Shown: positions 48,259-62,106 of the stretch, piece after piece | Layout of the letters: every line of letters starts with the position of its first letter | Position numbering within the stretch: the first letter of the stretch is position 1 | Origin: Nemertoderma westbladi | Taxonomy: Eukaryota > Animalia > Xenacoelomorpha | Direction of reading: 5' to 3' | Length of the DNA: 64,000 nt | NCBI GenBank assembly: GCA_032718475.1 | Contig: JAUCBJ010006708.1 | Span: forward strand, 1-64,000 | Position numbers and translations under genes: made by a program | The notes under the pieces: model-generated | The model's input: the letters and a program-made list of their open reading frames with translations, nothing else | What the model was told of the DNA's origin: nothing | Databases searched by the model: none

Positions 48259-50372
48259 AGGGCTATCGTCCCCAACACCCCCACTCCGTTTCTTGGGGGC
48301 TATCGTCCCCAACACCCCCACATCTTTTCTTGGGAGCTATTGTCCCCAACACCCCCACTTATTTTCTTGGGGGCTATCGTCCCCAACACCCCCACTTCGT
48401 TTCTTGGGGGCTATCGTCCCCAACACCCCCACTTCTTTTCTTGGGGGCTATCGTCCCCAACACCCCCACTTCTTTTCTTGGGGGCTATCGTCCCCAACAC
48501 CCCCACTTCTTTTCTTGGGGGCTATCGTCCCCAACACCGCCACTTCTTTTCTTGGGGGCTATCGTCCCCAACACCCCCACTTCTTTTCTTGGGGGCTATC
48601 GTCCCCAACACCCCCACTTCTTTTCGTGGGGGCTATCGTCCCCAACACCCCCACTTCTTTTCTTGGGGGCTATCGTCCCCGACACCCCCACTTCTTTTCT
48701 TGGGGGCTATCGTCCCCAACACCCCCACTTCTTTTCTTGGGGGCTATCGTCCCCAACACCCCCACTTCTTTTCTTGTGGGCTATCGTCCCCAACACCCCC
48801 ACTTCTTTTCTTGGGGGCTATCGTCCCCAACACCCCCACTTCTTTTCGTGGGGGCTATCGTCCCCAACACCCCCACTTCTTTTCTTGGGGGCTATCGTCC
48901 CCAACACCGCCACTTCTTTGCTTGGGGGCTATCGTCCCCAACACCCCCACTTCTTTTCTTGGGGGCTATCGTCCCCAACACCCCCACTTCTTTTCGTGGG
49001 GGCTATCGTCCCCAACACCCCCACTTCTTTTCTTGGGGGCTATCGTCCCCAACACCCCCACTTCTTTTCTTGGGGGCTATCGTCCCCAACACCCCCACTT
49101 CTTTTCTTGGGGGCTATCGTCCCCAACACCCCCACTTCTTTTCGTGGGGGCTATCGTCCCCAACACCCCCACTTCTTTTCTTGGGGGCTATCGTCCCCAA
49201 CACCGCCACTTCTTTTCTTGGGGGCTATCGTCCCCAACACCCCCACTTCTTTTCTTGGGGGCTATCGTCCCCAACACCCCCACTTCTTTTCTTGGGGGCT
49301 ATCGTCCCCAACACCCCCACTTCTTTTCTTGGGGGCTATCGTCCCCAACACCCCCACTTCTTTTCTTGGGGGCTATCGTCCCCAACACCCCCACTTCTTT
49401 TCTTGGGGGCTATCGTCCCCAACACCCCCACTTCTTTTCTTGGGGGCTATCGTCCCCAACACCCCCACTTCTTTTCTTGTGGGCTATCGTCCCCAACACC
49501 CCCACTTCTTTTCTTGGGGGCTATCGTCCCCAACACCCCCACTTCTTTTCGTGGGGGCTATCGTCCCCAACACCCCCACTTCTTTTCTTGGGGGCTATCG
49601 TCCCCAACACCGCCACTTCTTTTCTTGGGGGCTATCGTCCCCAACACCCCCACTTCTTTTCTTGGGGGCTATCGTCCCCAACACCCCCACTTCTTTTCTT
49701 GGGGGCTATCGTCCCCAACACCCCCACTTCTTTTCGTGGGGGCTATCGTCCCCAACACCCCCACTTCTTTTCTTGGGAGCTATTGTCCCCAACACCCCCA
49801 CTTCTTTTCTTGGGGGCTATCGTCCCCAACACCCCCACTCCGTTTCTTGGGGGCTATCGTCCCCAACACCCCCACATCTTTTCTTGGGAGCTATTGTCCC
49901 CAACACCCCCACTTCTTTTCTTGGGGGCTATCGTCCCCAACACCCCCACTTCTTTTCTTGGGGGCTATCGTCCCCAACACCCCCACTTCTTTTCTTGGGG
50001 GCTATCGTCCCCAACACCCCCACTTCTTTTCTTGGGGGCTATCGTCCCCAACACCCCCACTTCTTTGCTTGGGGGCTATCGTCCCCAACACCCCCACTTC
50101 TTTTCTTGGGGGCTATCGTCCCCAACACCCCCACTTCTTTTCGTGGGGGCTATCGTCCCCAACACCCCCACTTCTTTTCTTGGGGGCTATCGTCCCCAAC
50201 ACCGCCACTTCTTTTCTTGGGGGCTATCGTCCCCAACACCCCCACTTCTTTTCTTGGGGGCTATCGTACCCAACACCCCCACTTCTTTTCTTGGGGGCTA
50301 TCGTCCCCAACACCCCCACTTCTTTTCTTGGGGGCTATCGTCCCCAACACCCCCACTTCTTTTCTTGGGGGC
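48259..50372 (+). repeat. 37-bp minisatellite, ~57 copies
   Basis: Unit TTGGGGGCTATCGTCCCCAACACCCCCACTTCTTTTC. Confidence 0.97.
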
Positions 50373-51772
50373 TAGCGTTTTCTTTTTTCTTGGGGACCAC
50401 AAACAATTGTCGCAATATTATGACAGCCACAAAAAAATATCGTAATGTTGTGACAGTCACAAACAATTGTCGCAAGGTTGTGACAGCCACAAACAATTGT
50501 CGTAATGTTGTGACAGCCACAAACAATTGTCTTAATGTTGCGACAGCCACAAACAATTGTCGTAATATTGTGACAGCTACAAACAATTGTCCGAATGTTG
50601 TGATAGCCACAAACAATTGTCGTAGTATTGTGACAACCACAAACAATTGTCGTAATGTTGTGACGGCCACAAACAATTGTCCGAATGTTGTGACAGCCAC
50701 AAACAATTGTCGTAATGTTGCGACAGTCACAAACAATTGTCGTAATATTGTGACAGCCACAAACAATTGTCGTAATGTTGTGACGGCCACAAACAATTGT
50801 CCGAATGTTGTGACAGCCACAAACAATTGTCGTAATGTTGCGACAGCCACAAACAATTGTCGCAATATTCTGACAGCCACAATCAATTGCCACAATGTTG
50901 TGACAGCCACAAACAATTGTCGCAATGTTGTGACAACCACAAACAATTGTAGCAATATTGTGACAGCCTCAAACAATTGACGCCATGTAATGACAGCCAC
51001 AAAGAATTGTCGTATTATTGTGACAGCTACAAACAATTGTCGTAATATTGTGACAGCCACAATCAATTGTCACAATGTTGTGACAGCCACAAACAATTGT
51101 CGTAATATTGTGACAGCCACAATCAATTGTCACAATGTTATGACAGCCACAAACCATTGTCGTAATGTTGCGACAGCCACAAACAATTGTCGTAACATTG
51201 TGACAGCTACAAACAATTGTCGTAATATTGTGACAGCCACAATCAATTGTCACAATGTTGTGACGGCCACAAACAATTGTCGTAATATTGTGACAGCCAC
51301 AATCAATTGTCACAATGTTGTGACAGCCACAAACCATTGTCGTAATGTTGCGACAGCCACAAACAATTGTCGTAACATTGTGACAGCTACAAACAATTGT
51401 CGTAATATTGTGACAGCCACAATCAATTGTCACAATGTTGTGACAGCCACAAACAATTGTCGTAATATTGTGACAGCCACAATCAATTGTCACAATGTTG
51501 TGACAGTCACAAACCATTGTCGTAATGTTGCGACAGCCACAAACAATTGTCGTAACATTGTGACAGCTACAAACAATTGTCGTAATATTGTGACAGCCAC
51601 AATCAATTGTCACAATATTGTGACAGCCACAATCAATTGTCACAATGTTGTGACAGCCACAAACAATTGTCCAAATGTTGTAACAGCCACAAACAATTGC
51701 CGTAATATTAGAATTAATCCTCAAATAAACTTTTAAATTTATCATCAAAATAATATAAGTGTGTAAATTTAC

Positions 51773-51901
51773 CTCTTTATCAGCGGTGGGTTCATCGAGC
51801 AGATCAAGATCGCTTGTGCAGATCGGTTGCTTATCAGGAGCAGCAGAGCCACCCAATATCAACGGAATATTATCCGTTATGTCGTCAATTTCTTCGTTAA
51901 A
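51773..51901 (-). CDS. Repeated 129-nt phase-0 exon, copy 1
   Basis: TTTTTCCAG|FNEEIDDITDNIPLILGGSAAPDKQPICTSDLDLLDEPTADKE|GTAAAT. Only this frame is open. Confidence 0.6.
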
Positions 51902-53125
51902 CTGGAAAAAATATAGATACATTGGATTGTGTTAATAAACAATGCTTGCAGGTTTGCAAAGAGTAACTCTTGCAAACCTCTTACCATGGTAGTTTCACAC
52001 ACAAAATCTCACAGCTAAAACTAACTGTGTTGGGACACTAACAAAATTTTCCGAATATTGTGACAGCCACAATCAATTGTAGTAATTTTGTGACAGCCAC
52101 AAACAATTGTCTGAATGTTGTGACAGCCACAAACATTTGTCGCAATGTTGGGATTGCCACAAACAATTTTCCGAATGTTGTGGCAGCCACAAACAATTGT
52201 CGCAATGTTGTAACAGCCACAAACAATTGTCCGAATGTTGTGATAGCCACAAACAATTGTCGTAATGTTGTGACAGCCACAAACAATTGTAGTAATGTTG
52301 TGACAGCCACAAGCAATTGTCGCAATATTGTGACAGCCACAAAAAAATGTCGTAATGTTGTGACAGTCACAAACAATTTCAGAATGTTGTGACAGCCGCA
52401 AACAATTGCCAGAATGTTATGACAGCCACAAACAATAGTCGTAGTTTTGTGATACGCACAAACAATGGAGAAATTCTGTATCAGCCACGAACAACTGCTG
52501 TGTTGCAGTATGCCGTGCAACCGGGACAGCTACAAACAATTTTCGTAATGTTGAGACAGCCATAAACAATTGTCGTAGTATTGTGACAACCACAAACAAT
52601 TGTCGTAATGTTGTGACGGCCACAAACAATTGTCCGAATGTTGTGACAGTCACAAACAATTGTCGTAATGTGGCGACAGTCACAAACAATTGACGCCATG
52701 TAATGACAGCCACAAAGAATTGTCGTAATATTGTGACAGCTACAAACAATTGTCGTAATATTGTGACAGCCACAATCAATTGTCACAATGTTGTGACAGC
52801 CACAAACAATTGTCGTAATATTGTGACAGCCACAATCAATTGTCACAATGTTGTGACAGCCACAAACCATTGTCGTAATGTTGCGACAGCCACAAACAAT
52901 TGTCGTAACATTGTGACAGCTACAAACAATTGTCGTAATATTGTGACAGCCACAATCAATTGTCACAATGTTGTGACAGCCACAAACAATTGTCGCAATA
53001 TTCTGACAGCCACAGTCAATTGTCACAATGTTGTAACAGCCACAAACAATTGCCGTAATATTAGAATTAATCTTCAAATAAACTTTTAAATTTATCATCA
53101 AAATAATATAAGTGTGTAAATTTAC

Positions 53126-53254
53126 CGCTTTATCAGCGGTGGGTTCATCGAGCAGATCAAGATCGCTTGTGCAGATCGGTTGCTTTTCAGGAGCAGCAGA
53201 GCCACCCAATATCAACGGAATATTATCCGTTATGTCGTCAATTTCTTCGTTAAA
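53126..53254 (-). CDS. Repeated 129-nt exon, copy 2
   Basis: TAG acceptor and GT donor retained; open; ...APEKQPICTSDLDLLDEPTADKA. Confidence 0.6.
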
Positions 53255-55000
53255 CTAGAAAAAATATAGATACATTGGATTGTGTTAATAAACAATGCTT
53301 GCAGGTTTGCAAAAAGTAACTCTTGCAAACTTCTTACCATGGTAGTTTCACACACAAAATCTCACAGCTAAAACTAACTGTGTTGGGACACTAACAAAAT
53401 TTTCCGAATATTGTGACAGCCACAATCAATTGTAGTAATTTTGTGACAGCCACAAACAATTGTCTGAATGTTGTGACAGCCACAAACATTTGTCGCAATG
53501 TTGGGACTGCCACAAACAATTTTCCGAATGTTGTGGCAGCCACAAACAATTGTCGCAATGTTGTAACAGCCACAAACAATTGTCCGAATGTTGTGATACG
53601 CACAAACAATGGAGAAATTCTGTATCAGCCACGAACAACTGCTGTGTTGCAGTATGCCGTGCAACCGGGACAGCTACAAACAATTTTCGTAATGTTGAGA
53701 CAGCCATAAACAATTGTCGCAATGTTGTGACAGCTACAAACAATTTTCGTAATGTTTTGAAAGCCACAAACAATTGTCGTAATGTTGTGACAGCCACAAA
53801 CAATTGTCTCAATATTGTGACAGCCACAAACAATTGTCGCAATATTGTGACAGCCACAAAAAATTGTCGTAATGTCGTGACAGTCACAAACAATTTCAGA
53901 ATGTTGTGACAGCCGCAAACAATTGTCAGAATGTTATGACAGCCACAAACAATAGTCGTAGTTTTGTGATACGCACAAACAATGGAGAAATTCTGTATCA
54001 GAACCAACAACTGCTGTGTTGCAGTATGCCGTGCAACCGGGACAGCTACAAACAATTTTTGTAATGTTGAGACTGCCACAAACAATTGTCGCAATGTTGT
54101 GACAGCTACAAACAATTTTCGTAATGTTTTGAAAGCCACAAACAATTGTCGTAATGTTGTGACAGCCACAAACAATTGTCGTAATGTTGTGACAGCCACA
54201 AACAATTGTCTCAATAATGTGACAGCCACAAACAATTGTTGCAATATTGTGACAGCCACAAACAATTGACGCAATGTAATGACAGCCACAAAGAATTGTC
54301 GTAATATTGTGACAACCACAAACAATTGTCGTAATGTTGTGACGGCCACAAACAATTGTCCGAATGTTGTGAGAGCCACAAACAATTGTCGTAATGTTAC
54401 GACAGTCACAAACAATTGTCATAATATTGTGACAGCCACAAAAAATTGTCGTAATGTTGTGATGGCCACAAACAATTGTCCGAATGTTGTGACAGCCACA
54501 AACAATTGTCGTAATGTTGCGACAGCCACAAATAATTGTCGCAATATTCTGACAGCCACAATCAATTGTCACAATGTTGTGACAGCCACAAACAATTGTC
54601 GCAATGTTGTGACAACCACAAACAATTGTAACAATATTGTGACAGCCTCAAACAATTGACGCAATGTAATGACAGCCACAAAGAATTGTCGTAATATTGT
54701 GACAGCTACAAACAATTGTCGTAATATTGTGACAGCCACAATCAATTGTCACAATGTTGTGACAGCCACAAACAATTGTCGTAATGTTGCGACAGCCACA
54801 AACAATTGTCGTAATATTGTGACAGCTACAAACAATTGTCGTAATATTGTGACAGCTACAAACAATTGTCGTAATATTGTGACAGCCACAAAAATTGCAG
54901 GAATGTTGTAACAGCCACAAACAATTGCCGTAATATTAGAATTATTCTTCAAATAAACTTTTAAATTTATCATCAAAATAATATAAGTGTGTAAATTTAC

Positions 55001-55129
55001 CTCTTTATCAGCGGTGAGGTCGTCGAGCAGATCAACATCGCTTATGCAGATCGGTTGCTTATCAGGAGCAGCAGAGCCACCCAATATCAACGGAATATTA
55101 TCCGTTATGTCGTCAATTTCTTCGTTAAA
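55001..55129 (-). CDS. Repeated 129-nt exon, copy 3
   Basis: AG/GT retained; open; ...ICISDVDLLDDLTADKE. Confidence 0.6.
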
Positions 55130-57323
55130 CTAGAGAAAATATAGATACATTGGATTGTGTTAATAAACAATGCTTGCAGGTTTGCAAAGAGTAACTCTTG
55201 CAAACCTCTTACCATGGTAGTTTCACACACAAAATCTCACAGCTAAAACTAACTGTGTTGGGACACTAACAAAATTTTCCGAATATTGTGACAGCCACAA
55301 TAAATTGTAGTAATTTTGTGACAGCCACAAACAATTGTCTGAATGTTGTGACAGCCACAAACATTTGTCGCAATGTTGGGACTGCCACAAACAATTATCC
55401 GAATGTTGTGACAGCCACAAACAATTGTTGCAATGTTGTAACAGCCACAAACAATTGTCGCAATATTGTGACAGCCACAACCAATTGTCGCAATATTATG
55501 ACAGCCACATATAATTGTCGTAATGTTGTGACAGTCACAAACAATTTCAGAATGTTGTGACAGCCGCAAACAATTGCCAGAATGTTATGACAACCACAAA
55601 CAATAGTCGTAGTTTTGTGATACGCACAAACAATGGATAAATTCTGTATCAGCCACAAACAACTGCTGTGTTGCAGTATGCCGTGCAACCGGGACAGCTA
55701 CAAACAATTTTCGTAATGTTGAGACAGCCACAAACAATTGTCGCAATGTTGTGACAGCTGCAAACAATTTTTGTAATGTTTAAAAGCCACAAACAATTGT
55801 CGTAATGTTGTGACAGCCACAAACAATTGTCGTAATGTTGTGACAGCCACAAAAAATTGTCTCAATATTGTGACAGCCACAAACAATTGTCGCAATATTG
55901 TGACAGCCACAAAAACTTGTCGTAATGTCGTGACAGTCACAAACAATTTCAGAATGTTGTGACAGCCGCAAACAATTGTCAGAATGTTATGACAGCCACA
56001 AACAATAGTCGTAGTTTTGTGATACGCACAAACAATGGAGAAATTCTGTATCAGCCACGAACAACTGCTGTGTTGCAGTATGCCGTGCAACCGGGACAGC
56101 TACAAACAATTTTCGTAATGTTGAGACAGCCACAAACAATTGTCGCAATGTTGTGACAGCTACAAACAATTTTCGTAATGTTGAGACAGCCACAAACAAT
56201 TGTCGCAATGTTGTGACAGCTACAAACAATTTTCGAAATGTTTTGAAAGCCACAAACAATTGTCGTAATGTTGTGACTGCCACAAACAATTGTCGTAATG
56301 TTGTGACAGCCACAAACAATTGTCTCAATAATGTGACAGCCACAAACAATTGTTGCAATATTGTGACAGCCACAAACAATTGACGCAATGTAATGACAGC
56401 CACAAAGAATTGTCGTAATATTGTGACAACCACAAACAATTGTCGTAATGTTGTGACGGCCACAAACAATTGTCCGAATGTTGTGAGAGCCACAAACAAT
56501 TGTCGTAATGTTACGACAGTCACAAACAATTGTCATAATATTGTGACAGCCACAAAAAATTGTCGTAATGTTGTGATGGCCACAAACTATTGTCCGAATG
56601 TTGTGACAGCCACAAACAATTGTCGTAATGTTGCGACAGCCACAAATAATTGTCGCAATATTCTGACAGCCACAATCAATTGTCACAATGTTGTGACAGC
56701 CACAAAGAATTGTCGCAATGTTGTGACAACCACAAACAATTGTAGCAATATTGTGACAGCCTCAAACAATTGTCGCAAGGTTGTGACAGCCTCAAACAAT
56801 TGACGCAATGTAATGACAGCCACAAAGAATTGTCGTAATATTGTGACAGCTACAAACAATTGTCGTAATATTGTGACAGCCACAATCAATTGTCACAATG
56901 TTGTGACAGCCACAAACAATTGTCGTAATGTAGCGACAGCCACAAACAAATGTCGTAATATTGTGACAGCTACAAACAATTGTCGGAATATTGTGACAGC
57001 TACAAACAATTGTCGTAATATTGTGACAGCCACAAAAATTGCAGGATTGTTGTAACAGCCACAAACAATTGACGCAATGTAATGACAGCCACAAACAATT
57101 GTCGTAATATTGTGACAGCCACAAACAATTGACGCAATGTAATGACAGCCACAAACAATTGTCGTAATATTGTGACAGCTACAAACAATTGTCGTAATAT
57201 TGTGACAGCCACAAAAATTGCAGGAATGTTGTAACAGCCACAAACAATTGCCGTAATATTAGAATTATTCTTCAAATAAACTTTTAAATTTATCATCAAA
57301 ATAATATAAGTGTGTAAATTTAC

Positions 57324-57452
57324 CTCTTTATCAGCGGTGGGTTCATCGAGCAGATCAAGATCGCTTATGCAGATCGGTTGCTTATCAGGAGCAGCAGAGC
57401 CACCCAATATCAACGGAATAGTATCCGTTATGTCGTCAATTTCTTCGTTAAA
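57324..57452 (-). CDS. Repeated 129-nt exon, copy 4
   Basis: AG/GT retained; open. Confidence 0.6.
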
Positions 57453-59993
57453 CTAGAAAAAATATAGATACATTGGATTGTGTTAATAAACAATGCATGC
57501 AGGTTTGCAAAGAGTAACTCTTGCAAACCTCTTACCATGGTAGTTTCACACACAAAATCTCACAGCTAAAACTAACTGTGTTGGGACACTAACAAAATTC
57601 TCCGAATATTGTGACAGCCACAATCAATTGTAGTAATTTTGTGACAGCCACAAACAATTGTCTGAATGTTGTGACAGCCACAAACATTTGTCGCAATGTT
57701 GGGACTGCCACAAACAATTATCCGAATGTTGTGACAGCCACAAACAATTGTCGCAATGTTGTAACAGCCACAAACAATTGTCGTAATGTTGTGACAGCCA
57801 CAAACAATTGTCCGAATGTTGTGACAGACACAAACAATTGTCGTAATGTTGTGACAGCCACAAACAATTGTAGTAATGTTGTGACAGCCACAAGCAATTG
57901 TCGCAATATTGTGACAGCCACAACCAATTGTCGCAATATTATGACAGCCACATATAATTGTCGTAATGTTGTGACAGTCACAAACAATTGTAGCAATATT
58001 GTGACAGCCACAAAAATTGTCGTAATGTTGTGACAGTCCCAAAAAATTTCAGAATGTTGTAACAGTTGCAAACAAATGCCGGAATGTTGTGACAGCCACA
58101 AACAAATGTTGTAGTTTTGTGATACGCACAAACAATGGAGGAATTCTGCATCAGCCACAAACAACTGCAGTGTAGCAGTCTGCCGTGCAACCGGGACAAC
58201 TACAAACAATTGTCGGAATGTTAAGACAGCCACAAACAATTGTCGCAGTATTGTGACAGCTACAAACAATTGTCGTAATGTTGTGACAGCCGCGTACAAT
58301 TGCCGGAATGTTGTGACAGCTACAAAAAATTGTCGAAATGTTGTGACAGCCACAACAAATTGTCGCAATGTTGTGACAGCCACAAACAATTATCGCAAGG
58401 TTGTGACAGCCACAAATAATTGTCGTAATGTTGTGACAGCCACAAACAATTGTCGTAATATTGTGACAGCCGCAAACAATGGTCGAAATGTTGAGATAGC
58501 CACAAAAAATTGTCGCAATGCTGTGACAGCCACAAACAATTGTCGCAAGGTTGTGACAGCCACAAACAATTATCGCTCGGTTTTGACAGCCACAAACAAT
58601 TGTCGTAATGTTTTGACAGCCACAAACAATTGTCGTAATATTGTGAAAGCCGCAAACAATTGTCGGAATATTGTGAATGCAGAAAACAATTTTCGTAATG
58701 TTGTGACAGCCACACACAATTGTCGTAATATTGTAACAGCCGAAAACAATTGTCGGAATGTTGTGACAGCCACAAACAATTGTCGTAATGGTGTGACAGC
58801 CACAAATAATAGTCGTATTGTTGTGATAGCTACAAACAATTTACGGAATGTTGTGACAGCCGCAAACAATTGCCGGATTGTTGTGACAGCCGCAAAAAAT
58901 TGTCGTAATGTTGTGACAACCACAAACAATTGTCGTAATGTTGTGACGACCACAAACAATTGTCCACATGTTGTGACAGCCACAAACAATTGTTGTAATT
59001 TTGCGACAGCCACAAACAATTTTCGTAATATTGTGACAGCTACAAACAATTGTCGTAATGTTGTGACGGCCACAAACAATTGTCCGAATGTTGTGACAGC
59101 CACAAACCATTGTCGTAATGTTGTGACAACCACAAACAATTGTCGTAATGTTGTGACGGCCACAAACAATTGTCCGAATGTTGTGACAGCCACAAACAAT
59201 TGTCCTAATGTTGCGACAGCCACAAACAATTGTCGTAATATTGTGATAGCCACAAAAAATTGTCGCAATATTCTGACAGCCACAATCAATTGTCACAATG
59301 TTGTGACAGCCACAAACAATTGTCGCAATGTTGTGTCAACCACAAACACTTGTAGCAATATTGTGACAGCCTCAAACAATTGACGCAATGTAATGACAGC
59401 CACAAAGAATTGTCGTAATATTGTGACAGCTACAAACAATTGTCGTAATATTGTGACAGCCACAATCAATTGTCACAATGTTGTGACAGCCACAAACAAT
59501 TGTCGTAATGTTGCGACAGCCACAAACAATTGTCGTAATATTGTGACAGATACAAACAATTGTCGTAATATTGTGACAGCTACAAACAATTGTCGTAATA
59601 TTGTGACAGCCACAAAAATTGCAGGAATGTTGTAACAGCCACAAACAATTGCCGTAATATTGTGACAGCTACAAACAATTGTCGTAATATTGTGACAGCT
59701 ACAAACAATTGTCGTAATATTGTGACAGCCACAATCAATTGTCACAATGTTGTGACAGCCACAAACAATTGTCGTAATGTTGCGACAGCCACAAACAATT
59801 GTCGTAATATTGTGACAGCTACAAACAATTGTCGTAATATTGTGACAGCTACAAACAATTGTCGTAATATTGTGACAGCCACAAAAATTGCAGGAATGTT
59901 GTAACAGCCACAAACAATTGCCGTAATATTAGAATTAATCTTCAAATAAACTTTTAAATTTATCATCAAAATAATATAAGTGTGTAAATTTAC

Positions 59994-60122
59994 ATCCTTA
60001 TCAGCGGTGGGTTCATCGAGCAGATCAAGATCGCTTATGCAGATCGGTTGCTTATCAGGAGCAGCAGAGCCACCCAATATCAACGGAATATTACCCGTTA
60101 TGACGTCAATTTCTTCGTTAAA
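59994..60122 (-). CDS. Repeated 129-nt exon, copy 5
   Basis: AG/GT retained; open; FNEEIDVITGNIPL...TADKD. Confidence 0.6.
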
Positions 60123-61977
60123 CTAGAAAAAATATAGATACATTGGATTGTGTTAATAAACAATGCTTGCAGGTTTGCAAAAAGTAACTCTTGCAAACCT
60201 CTTACCATGGTAGTTTCACACACAAAATCTCACAGCTAAAACTAACTGTGTTGGGACAGTCACAAACAACTTCGGAATATTGTGACAGCCACAATCAATT
60301 GTAGTAATTTTGTAACAGCCACAAACAATTGTCTGAATGTTGTGACAGCTACAAACATTTGTCGCAATGTTGTGACAGCCACAAACAATTGTCCGAATGT
60401 TGTGACAGCCACAAACAATTGTCGTAATGTTTTGACAGCCAAAAACAATTGTCGCAATATTGTGACAGCCACAAACAATTGTCGCAATATTATGACAGCC
60501 ACAAAAAATATCGTAATGTTGTGACAGTCACAAACAATTGTCGCAAGGTTGTGACAGCCACAAACAATTGTCGTAATGTTGTGACAGCCACAAACAATTG
60601 TCGTAAAGTTGTTACAGCCACAAACAATTGTCGTAATGTTGTGACAGCAACAAACAATTGTCGTAATGTTGTGTCAGCTACAAACAATTGTCGCAATGTT
60701 GTGACAGCCACAAACAATTGTCGTAATGTTGTTACAGCCACAAACAATTGTCGTAATGTTGTGACAGCAACAAACAATTGTCGTAATGTTGTGTCAGCTA
60801 CAAACAATTGTCGCAATGTTGTGACAGCCACAAACAATTGTACGAATGCTGTGACAGCTACAAACAATTGTCGTAATGTTGTGACAGCCACAAACAATCG
60901 TACAAATGTTGTGACAGCAACAAACAATTGTATGAATGTTGTGACAGCTACAAACAATTGTCTTAATGTAGTGACAACTACAAACAATTGTCGTAATGTT
61001 GTGACAGCCACAAACAATTGTAGTAATTTTGTGACAGCCACAAACAATTGTCCGAATGTTGTGATAGCTACAAACAATTGTCGTAATGTTGTGACAGCTA
61101 CAAACCGAATGTTGTGATAGCTACAAACAATTGTCGTAATGTTGTGACAGCTACAATACAATTGTCGTAATTTTGTGACAGCCACAAACAATTGTCGTAA
61201 TGTTGTTACAGCCACAAACAGTTATTGTCGTAATGTTGTGAAAGCAAAAAACAATTATCGCAATCTTGTGACAGCTACAAACAATTGTAGTAATGTTGTG
61301 ACAGCCACAAACAATTATTGTCGTAATGTTGTGACAGCCACAAACAATTATTATCGTAATGTTGTGACAGCCACAAACAATTGTAGTAATTTTGTGACAG
61401 CCACTAACAATTGTAGTAATTTTGTGACAGCCACAAACAATTATTGTCGTAATGTTGTGACAGCCACAAACAATTGTAGTAGTTTTGTGACAGCCACAAA
61501 CAATTGTAGTAATTTTGTGACAGCCACAAACAATTATTGTCGTAATGTTGTGAAAGCAAAAAACAATTATCGCAATCTTGTGACAGCTACAAACAATTGT
61601 AGTAATGTTGTGACAGCCACAAACAATTATTGTCGTAATGTTGTGACAGCCACAAACAATTATTGTCGTAATGTTGTGACAGCTACAAACAATTGTCGTA
61701 ATATTGTGACAGCCACAATCAATTGTCACAATGTTGTGACAGCCACAAACAATTGTCGTAATGTTGCGACAGCCACAAACAATTGTCGTAATATTGTGAC
61801 AGCTACAAACAATTGTCGTAATATTGTGACAGCTACAAACAATTGTCGTAATATTGTGACAGCCACAAAAATTGCAGGAATGTTGTAACAGCCACAAACA
61901 ATTGCCGTAATATTAGAATTAATCTTCAAATAAACTTTTAAATTTATCATCAAAATAATATAAGTGTGTAAATTTAC

Positions 61978-62106
61978 ATCCTTATCAGCGGTGGGTTCAT
62001 CGAGCAGATCAAGATCGCTTGTGTAGATCGGTTGCTTATCAGGAGCAGCAGAGCCACCCAATATCAACGGAATATTACCCGTTATGACGTCAATTTCTTC
62101 GTTAAA
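61978..62106 (-). CDS. Repeated 129-nt exon, copy 6
   Basis: AG/GT retained; open; ...QPIYTSDLD... Confidence 0.6.

Noticed and set aside
48293-50980. Three overlapping 680-895-aa ORFs
   Set aside because: A stop-free 37-bp unit cycles through all three frames; this is an artefact.
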